From the NCBI GenBank assembly GCA_964016885.1, contig OZ024749.1, forward strand, positions 53,196,001 to 53,260,000: 64,000 bases of DNA. Direction: 5' to 3'. This DNA is from Eledone cirrhosa (taxonomy: Eukaryota). Under the pieces are notes generated by a model. That model was given only the letters and a program-made list of their open reading frames with translations, had not been told where the DNA came from and did not search any database. This document shows positions 54,296 through 64,000 of the stretch, piece after piece. How positions within the stretch are numbered: the first letter of the stretch is position 1; each line of letters opens with the position of its first letter. The position numbers and the translations under genes are program-made.

Positions 54296-54476
54296 CTCAT
54301 GCACGGAGATGATATAAAGTAGCTTACAAAATAGGGTGAAGACCCTTAGGATAAGGAAAATTTAGTCGCCATCGCCATGGTCCGCTTCGAGGAGACGAAC
54401 CTCGTATCTCCCCGATACTGATGGCGACTATATATATATATATAATAATATAATATAATTTTATGTATATGATAAC

Positions 54477-54528
<52 letters not shown>

Positions 54529-55009
54529 TAAGAGGGAAGAATAACGTGGTCGGGGTGTACAATAGGGTTTATTTAAAGTATTAACAATTGTTTCATTAGT
54601 CCGGTGTGTCTAAAAATCGTTGATCGTAAGGATTACCTTAAACGATATCTTGTTAATTTATATATATATATATATATGTACACGTGTGTGTGTGTGTAAT
54701 CATCATATACAAGCCTGACCTATATAACTAGAGGTTACACCCACCGAGCTTAATCAGCGTGACAGTTCCCATTCTAGATTCCACTGAAGCTTGTTAAAGC
54801 CCCTCTTAAAACACCGTCTAGCCGCATTACTCTTTCGTAGTCAGTTGTGTATTTTTACAAGAGTTATATAACTGGTTGTGTGATTGTATGTTATCTGTTT
54901 TACACATAATCACTGAACTAATCTTCAGAGACACAAGAATGTCCGATATTTACACCCACACAGTATTTCGATTGATTCCATCTCAGATCATCCTCAAGTA
55001 AGGCGGTAA

Positions 55010-55258
55010 ATTGTCTTTACCTTTCATCCTTACGGGGTCAATAAAATAAAGCACAAGTAATGTACTGGGATAATTGCTGACCTTGTGCCAAAAGTAGAAA
55101 CAATTATTACGGGGTCGATAAAATAAAGTACCAGTAATGCACTGGGCTAATTGCTGGCCTTGTGCCAAAAGTAGAAACAATTATTACGGGGTCGATAATA
55201 TAAAGAACCAGTAATGCACTGGGGGTAATTGCAGGCCTTGTGCCAAAAGTAGAAACAA
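55010..55258 (+). mobile_element. SINE family A 3' half with triplicated ~78-bp tail
   Basis: Three tandem TTACGGGGTC.ATAA...CCTTGTGCCAAAAGTAGAAACAA units. Confidence 0.85.
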
Positions 55259-57249
55259 CCATTTTATTTCAACAAATAATGTAATAGGGTGAAATAAGAG
55301 AGACGTTAATTAGAATTAAAGAAAAACTGAGAAGAAACTAAAATATATATAATATTCTTATACTATAAGAAGAGTCATTAGAATGTCAGTCATTAGAATG
55401 TCAGATAAGACTAAGACTTCAGTTATACCATAACTTATATATATGTATGAGATCGTGGCACTTACCACACACAATCAGGGGTGAAACTGAATTTTAAGGC
55501 ATGTAACTAGCAGGATTACGTGAACAATTGCAAGCGTAATATCTGATAGCCAGAGCCTCCAAGAGAAATTTTGCAAGGCGGTACAAGACACGTTTGGGGC
55601 CCGAAGCAGGCAAATATTTTTCTTCATAATAATTTATTCCAAACTGTAACTTTGTCCTTCTTCTGGATACCATTATTCTGTTCCTCCCTATTCGGGGTTT
55701 CATATTTTACTAAAGTACAAAGCAACCATTTTACTGAGCGGGAGCAAAAAATATTGAGTATCATGCATATCTTTCTGAAAGACATTTTAGGTCTGGAGTG
55801 AAGTTATTTCCAATAGGCAATCGATACCAGTTCGTGACCTCAGTTCGAACTAACCAAATACCACAAAGCCATATCTCACACACATCTCAAAATTGTATTT
55901 TATTTTATCGAACTTGGAAAGATGAAAAGCAGAATTGACTCCGGCTCAAATTGAAATCAAAATATAAAAGAACCTATACAAATACAATAAGACATTTATG
56001 TCAGGCTTAATACCTTGCGGTATTTATTTACAACCTTTTATGTTCTTAGTTCAAAATCTGCCGCAGTTAAACTAACTTTGTCTTTCATCTGCCCAAGACT
56101 GGGATAATAAAGTACAAGTCATCTCAAATATTGATGTCTATTTAATCGGTTATACATGTCATCGATGAAAAAATTGGTAGAGTCGATAGAGCGACAGATA
56201 CAATACTTGCGGGTATTGGTTCCGGCTCTCTGTTCTACGAGTTCAAATCCAGCTGAGGTGAACTTTGCCATTTATCCGTTCGAGGTCGATAAAAAAAGTA
56301 CCAGTCCTCTCTCTCTCTCTCTCTCTGTCTCTCTGGGAGAAATCTGCTGTATTCAGAACTGGGAAGGGCTCCACCAGGTTTTCAGGTCTCAAGAAACACC
56401 ATATGTTATGATTGCGCCCTTACGACTTCATCAATGTAGTATTAATGTATGTGTGTGTATGTAGGTGTGTAATGTCTGTGAATGTGTGTGTGTAGGAAAT
56501 GTATGTGTATGTAAGTACGTACGTACGTGAGTGTGTTTAAGTGTGTATGTGTGTATAATTTTCTATCCTGACCACCCCCACCTACTCACCATGACTATAA
56601 GCTACTACTGTACACGACAATGAAGTCATTGTAAACTTTTGTGATATTGTCTTTGGAAACGAGTCGAGTAAATGAGATAGAAGAAGAAGACAGGGGAAGA
56701 AGGGAGAAGAAGAGGATAGATGAAGAAGAAGACGGGAGATAGAAGAGGAGGATGGATGAAGAAGAAGTTTAAGAAGAATAAGACAGGAGAAGCTAGAAGA
56801 AGATAGAAGACAGGAGAAGTTGAAGAAAAAAAAGAAGGGAAAAGAAGGCAGGAGAAGAAGAAAATGGCGAGTCTAAAGAAACCAATAAAAATCTCTAGTT
56901 TTAATTTCTCATATTGCTTCAATTTGATATTGAAATATTTTCTTAAGGTGTGTAGCTGTCTACATGGTTTGTGTGTAGCTGTCTACATGGTTTGTGTGTA
57001 GCTGTGGTACTGCTGCTAGTATAATGGAGAGTTTATTCAGACGACACGTACTGAATGACATTGGAAAATAAATGAATATAAACTGTATCTAGAGGGGGAC
57101 ATACAGGTTATAAGACAACTTATGATCTAGCTACTTAAGACATGTTGAAGATATCAGACCTGAATGACCTGTGTCTTTCTTGATATCTGTTTATAATTGA
57201 TTACTTGTAGCCAAGTGATGATGATGAAGATAGTGATGATGAAGACAGA

Positions 57250-57680
57250 AGAAGTAAAATGATGATGATGAACAAGAAGCTAGAACTCAGAGAAGAAGCA
57301 ACCGTCTGCAACTGATCCGGTTGGATCCTCAAACGAAACCAGCCAAGCTCATGGATGTTATCCGACCATCTCGCTCACTATCTACCCCTGGGTCTCTTAC
57401 CAATTAGTTTTGCTCGTAAAATCTGTCCAGCGATTCTTTCCTGAGACATTCTAACCACATGTCTGTAGTATTGGAGCTGTGATCTTTCAATTCTGAGAAG
57501 CAGTGGCTCTACCTGGAGTGACTCTAGTGATTCTTTCCTGAGACATTCTAACCACATGTCCATAGTATCGGAGATGTGATCTCTCAATTTGAAGAAGTAG
57601 CGGCTCTACCTGGAGTGACTTTCTGATCTCCGAACTACACACTCTATCAAGTAACGTTACTCCAGGACTTACGTGTCATG
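57250..57680 (-). mobile_element. RTE-type LINE 3' end with internal partial duplication
   Basis: Encodes ESLQVEPLLLRIERSQLQYYRHVVRMSQERIAGQIL..GKRPRGR..RWSDNIHELGW. Confidence 0.8.
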
Positions 57681-59147
57681 CACTCGTCCATTTAATTTCT
57701 ATTCTATACTATCTTACACACTACCTTTAGTTAAAGACAGTGTATTTTGTTTTTATATAGACTTTTCTCGTATCTTTCTGGAAGTTAATTGTGACTACCA
57801 TTAAAAGAGAGAGAATAAAAATATATATATATAATACTTATCTCAACATTGAACTGAACTTGTATAAATATCATTTAGCTTTAAATAGAATTTATGATAT
57901 ACACTTAAGAGAGCTATTTCCATTTGCAATAAATTTTATATATACAATCATTTTGTTCCACATTAGAACGCCATTTCGACTCGCAAAACAGAACTCACAC
58001 TGTTCTCTCATTTTCTCGTTTAAAAGAGAATGTCACGAGAGTATTTATGTCCTGTTGAGATCAATTTATAGATTAGTTGAGGGGTGAGGGAGAGAGAGAG
58101 GAGCGATCTCTCTCTATAGCAATGATAAAAATCACTTTTTTTTCTTTTTCTTCTAATTTGTTGAAGATGAAAACACCGTTTACTCATTTATTACAAATTG
58201 AATTACATTTCGTTCGGTACAATTATTTTCTACAGAGATGTAAATAGTATTTTTTTTATTTTAAAATTACTTTATTGTGTTTCTATTTTCTCCTCTACAA
58301 AACATTGCAACGCTACTATTTACCATTAGGTATACTTGTTTATGTATCCTCTTTATTTTAACCCTCACTCTTCATATTTCTCTCTCGCTGCCTATTACCG
58401 GACATCTACACATGTAGTATGTACACAGGGGCCAATGTATCTATTTCGTAAAATAGACAGAAATCAATAATTTCTCAGCTTCCTGTACTCTCTTCTCAAA
58501 CTTTTCATTTCCTTGATGAATAAGATGTCGTAATTGCCGGCAGTCAATAAACGAGAACGGGAAATCTATTTATTCTCCACCTTTATTTCCTTCGGCCTTT
58601 TCCATCGTCCTCGTCGACATACCAACATCAATAACAACAAATAGTAATATTTGTCGGTGTATTTTCGTTCTGGCGCCGACCGAAGTGGTTGGCGAGGGAG
58701 GAGTATTAACAATTTTCTGTATTGATGTAAATCAAAATTAATTTCACCTAAGCTACCGATGGAATCACAGCATTAGCTTTAGAAAGCTTCTAACAGCAAC
58801 GTTCTATACTATCTCTATTTTCAAAGGCAAATCAGTTTAATGCTGTTGGTGTGTTGATAGACTTGAGCTGGACGTTCGTACGAGGAACGTTGAAGAGATT
58901 AAAAGAAAAATAGAGAATATATATTAAATTACAATATTATAATCCTGTCTTATATATTTATATTACAATATATATATAAATATATATAAATATGTATATA
59001 TATATATATATATGTGTATATATATATATATATATACACACACGCATATATATATATATACACACACACATATATACTGACACATATATATGCAAATATA
59101 TACACACATACATACGTACACACATATATATATATACAAATATATAG

Positions 59148-59202
<55 letters not shown>

Positions 59203-59231
59203 CGTGTGTTTACACATATATCTGTGTATGA

Positions 59232-59263
<32 letters not shown>

Positions 59264-59388
59264 GAATATGTATATATACATATGTGTGTATATATAATTA
59301 TATACATATGTGTACACATACATCTGTGTATAAATATATATACATATATGTATATATACATATATGTGTGTGTATGTATAATTATATA

Positions 59389-59436
<48 letters not shown>

Positions 59437-59547
59437 TAAATACACACACACATACATATATATATATGTCTATATATTTGTATATATATATATGTGTGTA
59501 CGTATGTATGTGTGTATATTGTATATATATGTGTCAATATGTGTGTG

Positions 59548-59578
<31 letters not shown>

Positions 59579-60937
59579 TTATGAATATATATATATGCGT
59601 GTGTGTGTATATATATATATATTTTTATATAATATATATATATACACATATATATATATATAGATACACACACACACACATTAGATATATATATAATCTA
59701 AAGACCAGATCTTTGTAGTTCAAAACATCACACAGAGCCAGTCTTTATCTATCGGTTGATAAAATAGTTTCTTTTGTGATTTACTGTTTACCACATGTAG
59801 ATCTCCTGCCTTCAACTCCCGTTATCAACCACTTGAGTCAGTCTTCTTTCTTCTTCTTCTTAAACCTGCTCGAAATATTAATATACCTCTTCTATACTTA
59901 TTATTTAGTCTGCTTAAGTAAAGGAAATACTTTGTTTGTTGTTGGTTAAGTTTAAGTTCTTAATAATCTTCCCAAGATGTACCACTGTTTGACACCTTAA
60001 AAATTAGGATCTCGCTTTGATTATATAGTCAGTCATTCATGACATAAGAAACGAAGCTTTGAATAGGGTTATTTCATTCGAAATAACACTACAAATTGGT
60101 TTCTTAGTGATTTTTCCATATTGAGATGACACCGTGCTCTGTGCAGGCTACAATATAATTTCCTGCTGCTGCTAGTAGTAGTAGTACTGCTGCTGCTACC
60201 ACTACTACTGCTGCTGCTGTTACTACTACTACTACTACCACTACTACCACCACCAGCATCACCACCCCACTATTACTACCACCCCCACCACCCCACTACT
60301 ACTACTACCACCATCACCACTACCCCACTACTACTACTACTACCACCCCACTACTACTACCACTACTACCACCACCACCACCCCACTACTACTACTACCA
60401 CTACTACTATCACTACTACTACTACCATCACCACCACCACCCCACTACTACTATTACCACTACTGCTACCACCACCCCCACTACTACTACCACTACTACC
60501 ACTATGATGTTAGTTGTTGTTGTTGCAATTGCTTTAGCAACTGTTGCCAGGGACTGACCATTACAAACCAACAGATTTCGATAATCTCTCTCTCTTCCGA
60601 TAATTGATCCTTTCGCTGGATTTATCACTATCGATTATCTTCGTGTGATTTATACTAAAAACACTTCCATACACACACCTCACACACACACACCTTACAC
60701 ATACACACACACCTCTCACCTCACACATATATACATATATACACACACCTCACACAAACACATACACATATACACACACCTCTCGCCTCACACATATACA
60801 CATACGCACACCTACACATACACATACACACACCTTCACCTCCCACATACACACACATTCACCACACACATACATACACAAACACACTTGTATGCAAATA
60901 TATTCATACACACACACATACCTCTCACTTCACTCAA

Positions 60938-60968
<31 letters not shown>

Positions 60969-61591
60969 CACATATATATATATACACACAATCATACACA
61001 CATATATACAAACACATTCATACACACACACAACCTCCTCTCTCTGGCAGATTTAATCTAAACACGCACACATATATAATATATATATATGTATATATAT
61101 GTGTGTGTGTGTTTCTGTATATGCATGTGCGTATGTATTTATATATGTGCTTGTGTGTTTATGTATATACATTTGTGTGTGTGTGTATTTATGTATGTGC
61201 ACGTGTGTGTGTGCGTGTGTTTATGTATATGCATCTGCGTGTGTCTGTGCGTGTATATGCATCTGTGTGAGTCTGTGTGTTTGTGTGTGCTCTATGTATG
61301 TGTGTGTGTATTTGTGTATGTGTGTGCTGTACGTATGTGTGTGTGTATTTGTGTGTCTGTATGTGCTGTACGTATGTGTGTATTTGCACAAGTCTTTGAT
61401 CGATTGTAATTCCAAGAGACAATCGTCCCTGTTAAAACAACAGCCGGTAGAAGGGAAAACGAGAATTCGATAAATGAAAACAGATATTTTCAGTGATTCT
61501 CAATTACTTTTAATCTATTCTGAAAGCTTCTCATAAGATTACATGACCTTGCACTAACTGGACAACAAATAAAAATCAGTTTGTTCAAATA

Positions 61592-61900
61592 ATTGTTTCT
61601 ACTTTTGGCACAAGGCCAGCAATTATCACAGTGTATTACTGGTACTTTATTTTATCGACCCCGTAAGGATGAAAGGCAAAGTTAACCTCGGCGGGATTTG
61701 AACTCAAGTTTGTCCAAATAATGGTTTTCGATTTAGACATAAGGTCAATAATTTTGGGAGGAGAGGGGAAAGTCGATTAAATCGATATCAGTGCATTACT
61801 GGTACTTTATTTTATAGACCCAGTAAGGATGAAAGGTAAAGCTAATCTCGGCTGGATTTGAACTCTTGTTGTTTCTGATTTAGGCACAAGGGCAACAACT
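61592..61900 (-). mobile_element. Tandem partial SINE family A copies
   Basis: Two core copies and a third tail fragment. Confidence 0.85.
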
Positions 61901-62047
61901 TTGAGGGAGGAAATATATATCAATATATATGTGTGTAAAAATGAAATTAGAATTTTATTGCTCACCCTAGCACAACTGATACATAAATGTAAGTATCCAC
62001 ACGTACACACATATATATGTGTGTCCGTATGCATACTTACAAATATA

Positions 62048-62087
<40 letters not shown>

Positions 62088-62177
62088 GTCTAAAGTCTGT
62101 CTTAAGTCAGTGCTTATCTTTGCTTAAACTTTAATCTGTTATTTTAATAAATATATATATATATATATATAGAATCG

Positions 62178-62274
62178 AGACATATCCGAGGATCTTGCGA
62201 TTTCAGAGTCAGGTTTGATCACTGCATCGATCGTGCCTCGAGCTGGTCGCCAGAGAAACGATTGTAATATGTCT
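62178..62274 (+). ncRNA. Type I hammerhead motif with CCGAGGA core variant
   Basis: AGACAUAU CCGAGGA UCUUGCGA..UCGCCAGA GAAA CGAUUG UA/AUAUGUCU. Perfect 8-bp stem I. Confidence 0.72.
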
Positions 62275-62319
62275 AATAAATCTTATTCGTCGCACCACTG
62301 ATTCTCCGTTTCTTATGTG

Positions 62320-62374
<55 letters not shown>

Positions 62375-62503
62375 TAATGGACATATATACACACACCTAA
62401 CTGTATTTTCTTGATATATTTTTATATATTTCATTGGTCTATTTAAAATCTGTTCCCAAACAGACCTGTAATTTTGAATTGTTGTTATTATCAATAAATA
62501 TAC

Positions 62504-62656
62504 TTCATTATTTCTGAAGACGGCATATGTATGTGTTGGTATGTATATTCTATTTGATAGTTTGTATAATTTTGTTTAATTTTGTACATAGATCTTTTGA
62601 ATATGCATGCCAATTCTAACACATATATGTCCTAGAAACGATCGTTAAATAATGAA
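62504..62656 (+). ncRNA. Type I hammerhead motif with extended stem II
   Basis: UUCAUUAUUU CUGAAGA [~114 nt, ends pair GGCAUAUGUAUGUGUUGG/CUAACACAUAUAUGUCC] GAAA CGAUCG UU/AAAUAAUGAA. Perfect 10-bp stem I. Confidence 0.78.
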
Positions 62657-62710
62657 CTTTTTTTGTTTAATATAAGGAACTGTTTCATTGTTTTATTCAT
62701 TATTTTTTTA

Positions 62711-62783
<73 letters not shown>

Positions 62784-62859
62784 CGAAGGAAATGTGGTAA
62801 GGAACCAGGCGGACCATAACGCACCAAAGTACTCAATACTTAGGGTAGTAGAGTGGGTA

Positions 62860-62953
62860 ATAGGAACGAGTAGGACCCCGACGGCTGAGCTCAAGCCGTT
62901 TCTAGCCGTCGAAACGGCTTGAGCTCAGCCGTCGGGGTCCTACTCGTTCCTAT
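62860..62953. repeat. Perfect 43-bp inverted repeat (same family as 32265)
   Basis: Arms 62860-62902 and 62911-62953 with an 8-nt spacer. Confidence 0.92.
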
Positions 62954-62982
62954 ATATATATATATATATATAGGTGTATGTA

Positions 62983-63019
<37 letters not shown>

Positions 63020-63486
63020 GGGGAAGAAGATGGTTGTAGAATGTATCTATGTAGATGTCTTCTAGAGATGGAGGTAATTGTGAAACGATATATCTACCAA
63101 CACTGTATAATTACGTGACAAGATATATAACGGTGTCTAGACAGTATCTACTTTACAACAACAACAACAACACCATCAACAGTAGTAGCAGCAGCAGCTG
63201 ACAGAACAACAACAATAACAACAACATCAACAGTGGTAGCAGCAGCAGCTGACAGAACAACAACAATAACAACAGCAGCAGCTGACAGAACAACAACAAC
63301 AACAACATCAGCAACAGCAACAATAATAATAATAAATATATTTGATATAATTCGCTTCTTTTTACACTCTTCCATCATAACTGACATTATGATGATGATG
63401 ATGATGATAAATATATGGGTGGTGGTGGTGGTGGTGGTGGAAAGAATGATGATGCTTATGATGATAATGATGATGATAATAAAATG

Positions 63487-63610
63487 ATTTCTAATACAGG
63501 CACAAGGCCAGCAATTTGGCGGAAGGGGAAAGTCGATTAAATCGACGCCAGTACATTACTGGTACTTTATTTTATCGACCCCGTAAGGATGAAAGGCAAA
63601 GTCAACACTC
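63487..63610 (-). mobile_element. SINE family A-related partial copy
   Basis: Matches core and tail. Confidence 0.8.
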
Positions 63611-64000
63611 CACCATAATAATAGTTATAAATTAGAAAGCGTGGATCAGTGGAGCCTCATAAATCTGTATATTTCTGATAAAATAGAAATATGATGTTGT
63701 GGTATTCATGCCTTTCTAAATGACATTGACATCGTGAATAAAATGAAACCGGGTGAAGGAAACATCTTATCAATGTGTATATATATATATATATGTGTGA
63801 GCATGTATGTATGTAAATATATATATATATATATATATATGTTTGTATATGTATGTAAGTATTCATGCATCATGTACGCATGAGTGTATGCAAATATGTA
63901 TATATGTATATGTATGTATGCATATATGTATGTATGTATATATATATATATGTGTGTGTGTATGTATGTGTGTGTGTGTGTACATACGTATGTATGTATA

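Noticed and set aside
54815-54935. Possible long hammerhead on the minus strand (CTGAAGA...GAAA)
   Set aside because: Stem I/III register is ambiguous and pairing is weak, so it was not counted.

Overview
AT-rich, microsatellite-dense eukaryotic DNA, probably from an octopod cephalopod (inferred from the dominant tRNA-derived SINE). No host protein-coding gene can be supported, and most listed ORFs are simple-repeat artefacts. Recognisable coding remnants are all transposon-derived: a truncated Helitron Rep region (16764-19399) with an inverted, differently deleted sister copy (1-814), a GC-rich CRE-like non-LTR element with RT and restriction-like endonuclease (6780-8368), Penelope-like RT fragments (20985-21540), several RTE 3' ends, an R4-like end and two tandem Tx1/L1-like 3' ends. 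The main signal not shown by the ORF track is about 13 type I hammerhead ribozyme motifs from several sequence families, folded by eye. Six lie within 29.7-32.1 kb. Most sit beside (TA)n tracts and are accompanied by foldback copies of hammerhead 3' halves, which fits Penelope-like pseudo-LTR or retrozyme-type insertions. Several minisatellites are also present, including a 29-bp array with one dimorphic position and an ~89-bp core-plus-microsatellite array. Coordinates were read by eye and element boundaries are approximate.
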